64,000 nucleotides of DNA from Hyaloraphidium curvatum SAG 235-1 (Eukaryota; Fungi; Monoblepharomycota), in contig JAIVFI010000035.1 of assembly GCA_025558095.1 (NCBI GenBank), positions 372,001 through 436,000 on the forward strand, given 5' to 3'. Of this stretch, positions 24,261 through 37,874 are shown one piece after another. The notes under the pieces were generated by a model. That model had not been told where the DNA came from. It ran no database searches and saw only the letters and a program-made list of their open reading frames with translations. A program made the position numbers and the translations under genes. Position 1 is the first letter of the stretch, and the number at the start of each line of letters is the position of its first letter.

Positions 24261-25971
24261 TCAAGGCGTGGCCGACGATGTTTTTGCGCTCTCGCTGGTG
24301 GAGGACGTCTCTGACGTGCTCGAGGTCAGGGTCGTCGAGGTCTCCGACGTGCTTGACGTGAAGCTCGTCGACGTCGTGGGCGTCAGAGACGTGCTCGAGG
24401 TGAAGGACGTGGAGGTCCGCGAGGTCGACGAAGTGGGCGTCAGGCTCGACGACGTCCGCGTCAGGCTCGAAGATGTCGCCGTCAGGCTCGAAGAAGTCGC
24501 GGTCCGCGACGTAGTAACGCTGGTGGAGGACGGCGTGCGGGTCGTTGTGCGGGACGTCGAGGTGGGCTGCATGCAGACTGGGTGAGTGGGTGGCCGGGAC
24601 CACGGGGGACTTAGGGAACGCACCGTGCGAGTCCTGCTCGTTGTAGACGTTGTAGAGGTGCGCGTGAGCGTCGAAGACGTGAGGGTGGAAGACGTGAGCG
24701 TGCGAGACGTGGTGGTTTTCGTTGTCGACTGCAATTGTCCCGTTGGAATTGGAAAAATCGATTTAAACTGAGCCAAGAAGCCTACCGTCTGCGTCGTGGT
24801 CGTAGAAGTCTGGGTTTTGGTGGTGCTGGTGGTCGTTTCTGTTGTTGATGAGGTAAAGGAGGTTGTCTGTAGGGCTCGCAACGTCAGAAACGGGCAGATC
24901 TTCCAGACGCCCACGCGGGGAATTACCGTGGTCGTCCGAGTCCGGGTTCGGCTCGTGGTGGTCGTTGTTTGGCTGGTTGTGGTCTAGATCCGAGGAACAA
25001 TGCGGCGAACGGACCGTCGGAAGGAGATGTAAGGCGGAAGAAGTACGAGCGCGATGCTGGAAGGTTAGCACCGACCGTGGGAGTCCGTGTCTTCGTAGTC
25101 GTCGTTCGTGTCCTCGACGTGGTGGTTGTAGGGGTTCTGAGCAAGGGAATCAGAACAGGATGCTTGGATCAGGGGTGCAAAGTGACTCACTCTTCCAACG
25201 TGGGGGTCAGCGATGGCGTCAAGGTCTCGATAATGTCGGTCTCGGTCCTCGTAGTCCTTGTTCGCGTGGTTTTCGTGGTTGTCGTCGTCCGGGTCGCCAG
25301 ACTGGAGCGCAGAGAAGGCAGGGGAAGCAACGGTGAGGAGTTGCCCAGGAAAGCAGTCCAGAGCCCGAAACTCACTTCAGCGTCCGCCGCGTTCTGGTCG
25401 TGGAGGTCGTCCGAGTCATGCTCGAGATGGACGTCGATGTCCTCGTCGAGACGGGGGTGAAGGTCGTCCCGAATACGGGCGGGATGACCGTGGCGATGAG
25501 GGGCCGCGACTTGGTCGTGGCCAGGATGCCGAATATCGGAGTGATCATCGTCGCCTTTTGAGGAATAGATTTGGTCGTGAGGATGACCGTGCCGACGACC
25601 GGGTCGATGGGCGTCGCGACTTCGTCCTGGCGGTTCCGAAGCCGCCGTCGCCGCGCCCGCTTGGGCGGGAGGCGCACTTCGCCGCGCGGGACGCGGCCGC
25701 GTGCCCGCAGTTTGGCTTCAATCGCAGCCTTTTCCTCGCGGTCCCGCGCTCCGAGATACGGTCGAACGGGCGATGCGTCGGCAGACTGGGGAGATATGAG
25801 GCCCGTCCCCCTCGACGGCACCAAAGTCCCCGACGGAGCCCATCTTCCGACGGAAACAGCGTCCAAAATCGCCAGAAAGATTACCAGGAGGGCGAGCTGC
25901 CATCCCAAAGACAGGCAACGGGCCCCGCGCCGTTCACGGGTCCTCCGCCTGTCAAGGCCCCCTGGAGGCAT
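24261..25971 (-). CDS. Secreted or anchored Thr/Ser-rich mucin-like protein (copy 2), many short exons
   Basis: Hydrophobic LGWQLALLVIFLAIL, NRQ junction, about six introns separating Thr-rich modules. Last exon (TSFTSSTSET) resembles that of copy 1. Confidence 0.6.
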
Positions 25972-26562
25972 CGGAAGCCGTTCGCCGCCGCAGAGGCCGG
26001 GGCAGCGGTTTCGGAGATGTCAAAGTTCGGTTCCTGCGGCGGATCACCGCGGTGCGGCGCCCTATGACCGCGTTGTCGCGGATCAGCGATCGACGGTTCG
26101 TTTGCGTTCCGCGGCGGCGGGCCGGCGGGCCGTTGCAACCTGACCTACCCCCTTCGGCTCTGGAGCCTGATTCCATGCCGAAAGCTATCGAGCAAGGATA
26201 GATGAGCTGTACCGTCACTCCCGAGTGGATGAATTGCCTTATCTAGGCCCGATGTGACTCAGGGGATTCTGCCCCGAGAGGCGTCGTACCAACACGATCG
26301 AGCCTCCAAGAAAGGAAGAACAGTACTAGCAGATGATGAAGAATGCCAACTTGCTTCTGACAAGAAGGATTCCCGGATTCGCCGGGATATACGGAGTGAT
26401 CGAGGTTCAAGCGATGAACCACCCGGCTTACCTCGGCCCGAGCCAAATCGCGCCAGGCATTTGCGAACATTTCGAAGGCGCCACGGCCGCCCTCCCCCTC
26501 TCCGGACATCGGTGTCCATCGGAGAGTATTCTGCCTCGCGGGGTGTCCCGTTGCGAGGCGCC

Positions 26563-28798
26563 ATGGCCGCGGAGTCGACCGCCACCGGCGCGGAGGACTT
26601 GCCCCCCAGGACTGATGCCGAGCTGCGGCCTGCAGTGGAGGACGACGGGAGCCAGAGTGCTGCCTCGCATGGAGAGAGTGAGGCATCTTCCTCCCCAGTG
26701 ACCCTCATTGCCTCTTCGGCGGACCCGGCGGCGACGACGGATCGTCCCCCTGCGTTGCTTGCCACCCCGACCGCCCGGCCGGGGGCCTTGGCGAACCTCC
26801 CGAGCAACTTCGGTTCCTCGTTCAGCTACGCGAAGAACGAGGGTCACGAGGAACGCGACGGGTTCGGAAACACTTTCAAGGCGGGGAGCGTGGCGGTGGA
26901 GACGGCCCCCGCGACCGAGGAGCAGGCAGCCCCGAAAGGCTTCTTTGCCAAGTTCCGGGACTACCTCATGCTCGGTCCGACTGTGGTGAACGAACCGGAC
27001 TACACCAAGACCGTGAAGCAGTTCATCCTCATCATCGTTTCGGTCACGGGGATCCTCGGACCTCTGACGGGCTCCATCTACAGTCCAGCGCTCAAAAACG
27101 TCCAACAGGACTTCAATACCAGCTCGGAGATGGTCAATGCTACGCTTACGGCCGGCATCATCGCGCTCGGGGTAGCGCCGCTCATTTGGGCGCCGCTGAG
27201 CGATCGGAGCGGGCGCCGCTTCATCCTGCTCTTTTCGCAATGCTTCAACATCGCGGGCAGTATCATCTGCATCTTTTCTCCCAACATCTACGTGTTCCTC
27301 GTCGGCCGCATTTTGGCATCTGCTGGCAGCGGTGCGGGGTTGAGCGTCGGCGCAGGGGTCATCGCGGACGTGTTCAAGAGAGAGGAACGCGGGCGGGCGT
27401 TCGGCTTGTTCTATTTGGGTGAGTGGTCCGCGGTGCGTGCGTGGGCCCAACGTGCTGATTGCCTCGGACCTAGGTCCCCTCATTGGACCTGTGATTGCCC
27501 CGCTAATCGGCGGTTCAATCACGTCCTCGATCGGGTGGCACCACATCTTTAGCGTGTCAGCTGGGCTTGGCGCTTGCGTGCTCCTGTCTACCTTCTTCTT
27601 CTTGCCCGAAACGTTGCCTTGGCGACGTCGCCATATCCGTTCGAAGGAGCCATCGTCGGAGCCTGCCGGCGCGGTCGTCACCGTAGATGGAGCACCCGCA
27701 CAGCCCGCGCCCACCGCTCCGCCAGCGCGCAACCCGCTCAAGGCATTCGTCAACCTCAAGTACCCGTTCTTCAGGGCTCCCGTGGCGGTGGCAGTGTCTA
27801 CTTTTGGCGCCTTCTACGCACTCCCCTCTCTCGTTCCGCTCACTTGGCCGACCCTGTACGGTTACAACCCGCAGCAAATCGGGCTGTTCCTCATGTCCTC
27901 GGGCTTCGGTTTCATTGCTGGCTCCTTGCTGGGCGGCTACGAGGCCGACCGCATCTTCAAGAAGTGGAAGGACATTCGAGGTGGCCTCGTCATCGCCGAA
28001 GACCGGCTTCGCAGCACGCCACCCGGCTTGGTGGCGGTCCCTCTCGGGCTTCTGCTGTACGGATGGCCGGTGCAGGCGCACATGAACGCGGCTGTGCCAA
28101 CCGTCGGCATGGTGAGCGCCGTTCGGACCCCGGGCCAAGCGGCGCTGATTCGCGTCCTGCAGTTCATCCTCGGATTCGGCTCCATGATCCTAAGCACGTC
28201 GACACAATCCTTCATGCTGGATTGCTTCACGACTTCGTCCGCAGCAGTCGTTGCCAGTGAGTTCTTCCTCGTCTTTCCCTCAAGGCCGTACCTGATTCGC
28301 TTCCTCGCAGTCACCAACTTCTGCCGCTTCATGGCCGCCGGCATCGTTCCCCTTGTTGCCTTGCCGATAGCCAACGCCATCGGGCAGGGCTGGTTCTTCA
28401 CCATCCTGGCCGGCATCAACATCGCGGCCTTCATGCTGCTCATTCGTCTCTGCGTCTTCGGCACCCCCACGCGCGCGACCTACGAGCCCTGGTCCAAGTC
28501 GTTGGAGGTGCTGCGCGGGGCGGAAATCGTGCTCATGGGCCACGAAAAGGCCAAGCAGCAGGTCTGGTGGCGCCGGATCTTTGGGTTGGCGGACCTGCGG
28601 CTCTCGCCCGAGGAGCTGGAGGTTGCCGAGCAACGGGCTCGGGACAAGCTTGCCGGCGGGCCTTTGGTCGGAGCGACCGGGTCGGCGGAAACCAGAAAGG
28701 ACTCGGTTGTTGTGGCGGACGCGTCGCCCAAGCCCGAGGGAACGGATGCCGTGGCAATGGAGAGCGCCGATGTGAAGACCGTCGTGGAGGTAAAGTGA
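26563..28798 (+). CDS. MFS drug:H+ antiporter-1 (DHA1, QDR/Dtr1-like) transporter
   Basis: IYSPAL, WAPLSDRSGRRF (motif A), GAGVIADVF..EERGRAFG, GPLIGPVIAPLIGG, FLPETL, EDRL. About 12 TM segments and three introns. Confidence 0.9.
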
Positions 28799-29022
28799 CG
28801 TGCTTCTGCTTTAGAGAACTGTAGCATGGCTTGGATGGAAGACAGTCAGGACAAAAAGTGACAAAAGTGGTCCGGAATAAGGCGCGCGAACTGCTTTGAT
28901 CCAGGTCCGGAACATGACGTTCACGAAGGGCCCGACTTCACAGCGAGAAGACAGGTGTGCATTGATCACAGAAGGACAAGGATATTTCATGGCCTAGGAG
29001 GTGATTTTTTCGCTTGCATCAC

Positions 29023-30225
29023 TCAGAGAGTCGGGGGAATGAGCACCTGGGGACACGTCAGCCTCGCGAACGGACAAAAGATCGCGCAACCGCGCACCTG
29101 GTCAATGACGTGCACGACGCCGTTGGCGGTCAACACGTTGGCGGCGACGACCTTGGCGCCGCCGGTGCCGACGAACACGGTGCCGTTCTCGACGCGGATG
29201 GGGAGCGCGGCGCCGTTGACCGTCGTGGCGTTCTGCGAGGCGGCGAGGTCGAAAGACATGACCCGGGCGGGGATGGCGTGGTAACTTGAGGTTGGGATTG
29301 AGGTCAGATCAGATCGGAGGCGGGGTGGCGGCGCGAGCTCACGTCAAAACGTTGGTGATCTGCGCGGTGGTGAGGTTTGCCGCGACCGACGCGACAGCGG
29401 CGAAGGCCTCGTTCGTGGGAGCGAAGACGGTCAGGGCGGGGAGCTCGTCGACCGTCTCCAGCAGGCCGGTGGCGTTCAGCGCGCCCGCGAGCGAGGTCAA
29501 GTTGGCGATCAGGGCCGTGGCCGTCGTCGGGTTCGGCGGGTAGAGCACCGAGTTGACGACATGGATGACGCCGTTGGAGCAGGGGATGGTGTCGATCACG
29601 CCCGAGTTGCCGAGGCCGTAGGTGAGCAGCAGCGGGGGCGAGCCCGAGGCGGGCTTGGTGGCCAGCAGGATCTGCGGCGAGATGTTGGAGAGGCTGCCGT
29701 TGCCGAGCAGCGTGGAGATGCCCGAGACGGCGGGGAGGTTGGCGGGGTCGAGCGTCCCGTTGGAGACGTGGTAGGAGAGGATCTCGGGGATCAGGGGCAC
29801 GATGGAAGGAGGGACGGAGCCGCCGACGCTCTGCACGAAGGTGCCGAAGGCGTCATCTGCAGATCACGCGTGAGAATCGTTTTTTTGCGGCGCAGGAAAA
29901 ACGAACACACCGGTAGGAGCAAACAGGGTGATCTCCGGGAGCGAGGCGACTTGGCCGCTCAGAACCCGCACCACCAAGTCGATTGGCGACGCGAGCGAAA
30001 CGAGCGTGGTGAAGTTGTAGGGCTTGGGGTTTGCCCCGGTGTTGACCTGCAACAGGGCGTCCAGGCAGTGGCTCGTCGGGGCCTGGCGCGGGAACACGGC
30101 CGGGCTGCCGGGGGAGCGAAGGTGAGCGACCTTCGCCGGCGCGCGGCCACCTCGGGCGGCACCCACGCGGCGAACGCGGCGGCGGACAGCGAGAGCAGTG
30201 CGGCGGCGGTGGCGGCGACTTTCAT
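29023..30225 (-). CDS. Secreted fasciclin (two FAS1 domains) protein
   Basis: Signal peptide MKVAATAAALLSL; TLFAPT and TVFAPTNEAF; ILSYHV; NGVIHVVNSVLYPP and NGVVHVIDQVLIPP. Confidence 0.9.
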
Positions 30226-30571
30226 GACTGCTTTTGCCGGGGAAGACGCGGTTTGACGAGCGGGATGCTGTTTGTGATTCGGGATGGGATTTTCGGCACG
30301 GCCCAGCCGCCATTTTGAATCCTTGCGCCCGAAGCGCGCAAGGGCGCCGGATGAACAGCCGGCCGGCACTTGCCGCACGCGGCACGCGCAAACAATGCTG
30401 AGGCAAGCCACGCCGCAAGGGGGTCCCAGCTCGGGCCGGATGCTGTGCAGGGCTTCGGCCCGTTTGCATGCGGCGCGCGACATCGGATCGGAAGCGGCGG
30501 ACATCGCCTGCCGATATGGGGCGCAAGAGTCTAAGGAAAAAACAGCGTGCGAAAGCATACGAAAGCCCCGT

Positions 30572-32063
30572 CTAGTCCTCGTGCGGATCGATGATCTCCT
30601 CCAGCGCCTCGCCCACCCCGACGTTCCCCGGGATGCCCACGCCGATCTGCGCCCGCAGCGCGTCAACCATCCGTCCCCTCCCGCGCCCCGCACCCCACCC
30701 ACCTTGTTCTTGTCCACGACCGGCAGGATGCCTTTGCTCGTCCTCCGCGCGTGCTTCTTGCCCCGCTCGGCCTCGGGCACCACCATCAGCGAGGCCAGGC
30801 GCTCCTGCGCGGCCAGGGGGAAGGAGATGGAGGAGAGGTAGGAGGAGAGGGAGCCGTAGCGTTCGCGGATGTGGGAGAGGGTGTGGCGCATGATGTGCTC
30901 GGGGACGTGGGCCCACTGTCGGAGGCACAACGCGAGAAGTCAGCGGATTCGGTGACCAAAGCGCCGGGGGACCGACCTCGGTCGACAGGCCCTGCTTCTG
31001 GACCTCGCTCTCGAGGAAGTCCACCACCGAGGCCAGCTCACGCTCGGAGCGGTGGTAGTCGGCGACGATGTAGTCGTCCGAGGCGCCCACGAGGGAAAGA
31101 AGGATCGCTGCAGGGCGGCAAGCATTGAGGTCGAGGTCCAAGAATGTTCAGGAGAAGGATGACGGACCTGCGGTCAGGCCTGTCCGGTCCTTCCCAGCCG
31201 AGCAGTGGAAGAGCACGGGATGGCGCTCGGGAAGAGACATAATCTCGAGCATCTGGTCACCTCCGTGTCAAAAACCACGGCCTGAGCGTCGGCGGTGGTC
31301 GAACCCACCCTCCTGACCTCCTTCCCGCTCTTTTCCAGCACCTCCTCGTTCAGCTTCGCCAGCCCGCCCTCCATCCTGCTCATCGTCCTCGTGACAAAGT
31401 ACTTGATCGCCGCCTGCCGCGACCAGAAAACGAGCAGGAGGAGGAACACGATCTTCTGCCACCAGTAGAGCCACGAGAACATGGCGCGGGTGGGCTGGTC
31501 CAGGTAGTCGAGCCTAAACACCAGGCGCTCCGGTTTCTCCCCGTTGGCCGCGCCGTTGCCCTCCGAGGCGCGCGACCGCGCTGCAGCAAGGTACCCGTCT
31601 ATCTCGGCGGGGTCCCGCAGCGTCCGGTACCGCGGGTGCAGCAGCGGGTTGGGCGTGCCCTCGGACTTGCTCCGCAGGTCGATGATCGTGCGCACGCCGA
31701 TCTCGCCGGCGATCTTTTCGGCGTCGGCGGCGGTGGCGGCGTCCAGCGTGGCCGAGCGGAAGAAGAGGCGCGGGCGGAGCGGGCCGAGGGGGGACGGCGC
31801 GGCGGCGAGCACGTCGCGGAAGTTGCTGGGCGGGCGAACCGGGGGAACGGGGGTCAGGGGGGTTGCAGGGAAGCGCGGCAGAAAGCTCCGCACCACACGG
31901 CCTCCATGTCCCACTCGTTGACGGGCTCGTCGCCGTCGACGCGCGGCGGCGCCTGCAGCACCACCGGCGGCTTCGGCGCGCCGCCGCCGCCCGCGATGCG
32001 CCGTCTCAGCGAGCCGAGCGTGCCCGTCGGCGCGTCGTCCTTCTTGTCGAGCCCGGCAATCAT
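30572..32063 (-). CDS. Protein tyrosine/serine phosphatase (Y_phosphatase3 / IphP-like), multi-exon
   Basis: NFRDV, LFFRSA, IRTIIDLRS-like motif, active site PVLFHCSAGKDRTG (about 31175-31220), IVADYHRS, YGSLSSYLSSI. Confidence 0.85.
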
Positions 32064-32532
32064 CGCGGAGGCGGACACAGGCGGGGGAAGGCAAGTGTTG
32101 GGGTGATATGGCCCGCTTGCCCGCTTGCCCGCTCGGCCTGATGCCGCAACGAGCCGGAGCAACACCACCGCGAGAAGCAACCCGGTCGATACTCGTACGA
32201 TCGAATGGGATGATGTTTCCTAGTGAAGAAAGACCAAGGTTCGCGCGATTCGCTCGTGCGATCCTGGAAAACTTGCCTCGGACTGCCTCTCCTGGCCGCG
32301 GTGGAGAGCCACGGATGGATGAAACACGCGGCAGGTAATGAAGAAGCAAGAACTCAAGGATGCGTGAATCTATGGGGCAGCAGATTGGCCTCTGACGGGG
32401 CGCCGCCCGACGCGAAACCTCGACGCCGAGGACGCGTGACTCTTCGCCGCCACACCGCACACCGACCCCTCCGCCGCGATGCACGAGCCGCCTGCGCACC
32501 TCTCCGTCACCTCCCCCACGTCGCCCACCGCG

Positions 32533-33342
32533 ATGGCGTCGCCCCTCTTCGAGCTGACGACGCTGCTCGAGCACCCGCCCTTCCTACCCACGCACCACGA
32601 ATCGCAGCCCGGCAGCCCGTCCACCCCCGCCGGCCCGCACGCGCCGCTGCCGGGGCTGTACGCGCTGTGGCTGGTCCCGAAGAAGTCGGAGGCGCTGGAG
32701 GGGCTGCTCGCGAGGGCGGCGCCGCCGGGGGGGCCGTTCGAGAGGTTCCCGGAGCCGCACGTGGCGCTCACGCCGTGGATGAGCGTGGAGAATTCGGAGG
32801 AGGGGGGGGAGGCGGATCTGCTGTGGAAGACGGAGAAGGTGGGCGGAATGGGGTGCCGAGGGCGCGTGCCTGATCCCCGTCCTCGGGGCGGCAGATTATC
32901 TCGGAGTGGAACCGCGGCACGCACATGCACCGGCTCAAGCTGCATTTCGACGAGTCGGCCCCGCTCAAGCCCGCCGACCGTGGGTCCTCGCGTCGTTTTC
33001 CGCCCTCCGCGATGACCCCGACGCGTCTGTCCCACCGCAGTCCACCCGACCAAGCCCACCCTCCTGCACATCCCCCTCCGCCCCGCGCCCTCCCTCCTCT
33101 CCCTGTCCCTGATTGCCCGCCAGATCACCGTCTCGGCGTCGATCCTCCCGCACGAGAACCCGCGCGTCGGGCTGGCCGTCGCGTTCTGCGGGACCAACCC
33201 CGGGCCGGGATCCTTGCCCGCGGACGCGGGGGAGGGGGCCGAGGTGCCGCCGCTCGAGGTGGACGGGGTGGAGGTGTGGTGGACGGGGGGGAAGGGGAAG
33301 GAGAGGGAGTGGAAGAGGGTGGGGAAGGTGCCGTTCGCCTGA
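32533..33342 (+). CDS. Possible 2H-phosphoesterase / cyclic phosphodiesterase (CPDase)-like protein
   Basis: GLYALWLVP and FPEPHVALT resemble the CPDase N-terminus, and the C-terminal VEVWWT...WKRVGKVPF also fits. The second Hx(S/T) motif is degenerate. Confidence 0.5.
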
Positions 33343-33531
33343 ATCCACCGGGGAAACGGATCGGGCGGAACGGCGGCTTGGGTGTCTTGATATCTGCAAA
33401 TACCACGGATGGCAATCAGCAACCAGTCGAAGGACGTGACGGCGAGCCTGATTGTTCGTGAATGAGGCGGCCAGCTGACGATCACTCGCAGCCGGGGTCC
33501 CAGTTCAACTCCGACCGGCGCTCGCGCCGCC

Positions 33532-36500
33532 ATGGACGCCGCGTCGTCCGCGTCCACGCTGGATGTGCTCATGGGCGCCGCACGCGCGCCGCCCCCCGGT
33601 CCGGCGATGCTGCCGCCGCCGGCGGCCGTGATCCGCGCGCGCCGCGGCACCGTGCTCTCGCGCGGCATGATCCTCAAGCGCGACTACTTCCCGCCGTCGA
33701 GCACGGCCGGCGGCGGCACCGGGCGGCCCGATGCGCTGGCGGGCGGCGTTGGCGGAGGGCTCGCGGGGTCGCGGGACGCCGACGACGAGGTCTATCTGCA
33801 GGGCGCCCCGCAGTTCCGCGCGGCCGTCGGCGCCTCGGGAATATTCGGCCTCGCGCAGCCTTCCACATTCGGCGTGCACTCGGTGCTCACCGCGCTGGGC
33901 GCGCGCCACGGCGGTCCCGCAGACGCCAACGCGACCTTCGTGTCCCTCAGGGCCGAGCCGCTGCTGTTCCTCTCGCAGCACGCCTTCACGCTGCGCTCCG
34001 CCGCCGCGCCGCTGCACAACCTGGCCTCGTACGCGGGCATCTCGGCGGGCAGGCTGTCGGCGCTCGAGCAGCGGCTGCTCGAGGACGTGCTGGAGGAGGC
34101 GGAGCTCTTCGGCGGCATGCTGCTCGTGCACGACGAGCTGCCCGACTCGCGCGTGATCCCGTCGTGGATCGCCGTCGGCGAGGGCTCCGTGCACACCCCG
34201 GCGCAGCTCTTTGCCAAGCTGGCGGAAAGCTACCGCGTGGAATACCACCGCCTGCCCCTGAGCCCGGAATCGGCGCCCACGCCAGGGTACCTGGACGACT
34301 ATCTGCGGATCCTGCGGCGCACGGGGGACGATCCCGTGGTGGTGCACTGCGGACGCGGCGTGGGGCGGACGACGTGGGCGATGATCGCCCTGGGCCTGAT
34401 CCGCGCGCGGCAGCGCGCCGTTGAGGCCGCGGCGCCGCACGTCGAGGTCGATGGGGTGGTCGCGATCGACCGCACCGAGTCGGCCAGCCCGTCCAAGAGG
34501 TCGACAAAGAGGCGGACGGACCCAAGGGAGAGGCCGCTGGAGGAGGAGCTGGGCAACAGGGCGGTGTTGCGGCTGCTCTACGTCCTCGAGAAGGGTTGGT
34601 CGAACCTGCGGCGGCGTGACAACGTATTTGACCTTCTTCTGTTCCCGCCAGCCCTGCCGAAGCTCACGCCCCACGCGACGCTCACCTCCCTCCTAGCCTC
34701 CCCGCCGCTCCTCTCGGACCTCAAGCTCGCGATCCAGGGCTCCTACACCCTCATCACCCAGCTTACCTCCTTCCTCCCCGAGGGCGTCAAGGCCTCCGTG
34801 GACGCCGCGATCGACGCCAACGCGGGCCTGGTCAACCTGCGCGAGAACGTGCTTGTCGAGCGGGTGCGCGGGATGGAGGGCGAGGAGCTGGACAAGGCCG
34901 TGTGCGCGTTGGAGCGCTATTTCTGGCTGATCGCGCTGGCGGGGTATCTGGAGGAGTGCTGCGTGCTCGACCGCGAGAAGGAGCTCGGCGGGCGTCCGCG
35001 CGCGGTGTTCTCGTGCGGCTTCTCGGCCTGGCTCGAGCGGACGCCGTGGATGACCTCCACCATGGCCTTCCTGCACGCGCGGCCGCTCAAGCCCTCCGCG
35101 CTGGGCTTCTTCTCCCCGCTCGGCGACCTGACCTACCTCGTCAAGCCGCCCAAATCCGGCTCCCTGGCACTGTACGCGGGCGCCGTCGGCACCGAGGTCG
35201 AGCAGTGGGTCGTGCGCTCGCGCCGCGGCGCCGTCCTGGCCTCGCAGCTGCTGCTCAAGCTGGACAGCTGGCCCGAGGACCCCGCGGCGGAGGACGGGCA
35301 CCCGGGTGCGGCCAACTTCCGCCGCATCCCCGGGTTGCCCGTGTACGCATCCTCGCAGCCCTCCCTCCCGGCGCTCGCATCCATCCTCGCGGCCGTCGCC
35401 GCCGCCGACCCCCCGCCCGGCACGCTGGTCTGGATCAACCTCCGCGAGGAGCCCATCATCTACGTCCGCTCGCGCCCGCACGTGCTCCGCCAGACCGCCA
35501 CCGCGCTGCGGAACCTGCGCTCCTACACGGGCATCTCGGCGGCCAACCTGGAGCGGGTCGAGGAGAAGCTGGCCGAGGACGTGAGGGCCGAGATCGACGA
35601 GTACGGGGGGAGGGTGCTGGTGCATTCCGAGAGCGGGGGGCAGGTGGTGCCGCTGTGGGTCGAAGGGGACGAGGGGGAGGTGAGGACGGCGAGGAGCGTA
35701 TTTGGCGGGCTGGAGGGGTCGGAGATCGCGGTCGAGTACGAGGTGGGCGGCGGCGGGTGCGGATTGCTTGCGGGCGCTGATTGTGCGGCAGAGGATCCCG
35801 ATGACGGCGGAGCAGCCGCCGCAGGAGGAGGACCTGGACAACATGCTCGACATCATGCTCCGGCACCGATGGGACGGCGGCACCGCCGTCGTGTTCAACT
35901 GCCAGATGGGCATCGGCCGCTCCACCACGGGCACCGTCGTCGCGGCACTCGTGCTGCGCTGGCTGCGCGGCGAGTCCGGGGCGGGGGGGAGGGAGCGGCG
36001 GAGCTACAAGCCCATCAACGCGCTGCTGCGGGTGCTCAGGGACGGGCTGGGGAGCAAGAGGACGGTGGATGCCGCGGTGGACCTGTGCGCTGCCAAGGTC
36101 AATTTGAGGGACTGCGTGGACGATTGGAGGGGGAGGGCGGCCAAGGAGAGCGGGGAGAACAGGGCGGCGCTGGGTGGGTCCTACCGAAGGCGGCCGCGAC
36201 TGGGTTGCTCAATGGTCCTGCCTGCCAGTCAAGCGCGGGCTCAAGGCGTTGGAGCGCTACTTCCTCCTCATCTGCTTCCAGAACTTCCTCGACGCCTTCA
36301 CTCCCGCGCAGATCCAAGCCTCGCGGGCCACGGACCGGCCGCGCACCTTCCGCTCCTGGGTCCACGAGCACGCCGAGTTCGCCACCCTGCGGACGGACCT
36401 CCTCTCCGGCGATTTGGACTCGCTGGCGCCTCTCATGCCGTCGGCGGACACCGAGGTGTCCGAGGCCGCGGCCGTCGCCTCGCGCTGCGGCGCCGTGCTC

Positions 36501-37791
36501 TGCGCGGGGACCATCCTCAAGCCCGACTTTTTCCCGGGCATGCAGCGCAAGTCGCTGCCCGAGCGGGTGGAGGGCGCGCCCAACTACCGGCGCATCCCGC
36601 TGGGCGGGATGAAGGCCGAGGCTGACCGCGTCAGGGACGCGCTGGGCGAGGAGGAGCAGCCGGCGCTGCCGCCGGCTTCCGGGGACGGCGAGCCGCCCTT
36701 CATGGTCGGGGACGGGATGCCGTCGTGCGCCGGCATCGCGAACGTCGCCGAGCGGTGCGGGGCCGGGCCGGGCGGCGGCAAGACGGTGCTCTGGACCTCG
36801 CTCAGGGAAGAGCCGGTGGTGTACATCCTCGGCGCGCCGTATGTTCTGCGCGAGCTCGACGATCCGTTGCGCAACCTGGTCATCACGGGTATCACCGCCG
36901 AGCGCGTCGAGACGATGGAGGAGCGGCTCAAGGAGGACGTGGTCGCCGAGGCGCGCAGGTTCCAGGGGCGGTTCCTGCTGCACGACGAGGAGGCGGACGA
37001 GCAGGGGTACCGCCTGGTGCCCGTGTGGCAGCCGCTCAACGAGGGCGACGTGCAGACGCCGCTGGAACTCTACCAGTCGGTGATTGCGCGCGGCTTCTCG
37101 ATCGAGTACTCCCGCGTGCCCATAACGGACGAGCAGGCGCCGATCCCCGGCGTCTTTGACATCCTCCTGCAGCGCGTGCTCGGACGTGCCGGCGGCGCGG
37201 ACATGGTGTACAACTGCCAGATGGGCCGCGGGCGGACGACGACGGGCCTGGCCGTCACCTGCCTGTGCGAGATGGTCGCCGGCAATCCTTCCCTGCTCGC
37301 GCGGCGCACGGACTCGGCGCCATCTCCGGACGTGCCCAGCATGCGCCCCGGACCGAGACCGCTGCTCCGCTCTACCACAACGGCCGACGACCTGGCCGTG
37401 CGGTACGCCGCGCACGGCGAGTACCGCCTCATCCTCTCCCTCCTCCCCGTGCTCGCGCACGGCAAGCTGGCGAAGCGCCTGGCGGATCGCGCGATCGACC
37501 TGTGCGCGCACATGCAGAACCTGCGCGAGGCCATCTACCACTTCCGCGTCGCCGGGCCGTCAAAGATCCGCGAGGGGCTGAGCTACCTCACGCGGTACTT
37601 CTTCCTCATCTGCTTTGCGGACTACCTCCTGGCGGAGTGGGCGGGCGGCAAGGGGAAGCAGACGTTTGTCAGCTGGCTGGCGGATCGGCCCGAGGTGGGT
37701 TGGCAAGCGGAAGGGGAGGGGGTCGGTTGCCGCGGGCTGACATCATGGTTCACAGATCACATCGATTCTCAAGAACCAGACGCTCGATTGA
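33532..37791 (+). CDS. Paladin-like protein with three PTP-like (phytase/inositol phosphatase) domains
   Basis: Three repeats beginning (R/C)G.VL....ILK.D.(F/W)P, with GAPQFR/GAANFR/GAPNYR and LRAEP/LREEP. Cx5R sites: HCGRGVGRTT, NCQMGIGRST, NCQMGRGRTT. Confidence 0.9.
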
Positions 37792-37874
37792 GCTGTGGAA
37801 TCGGTAGCCCCCTGTGCCCGCCGACAGATTCGCCTGACGGACAGAATCAGCTCCTCATCGCACATCTTCCATCT

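Noticed and set aside
23188-24987. Val/Arg/Asp-rich plus-strand ORFs (23188-24003, 24268-24585 and others)
   Set aside because: These are antisense shadows of Thr/Ser codons. Splice signals and hydrophobic leaders support the minus-strand genes.
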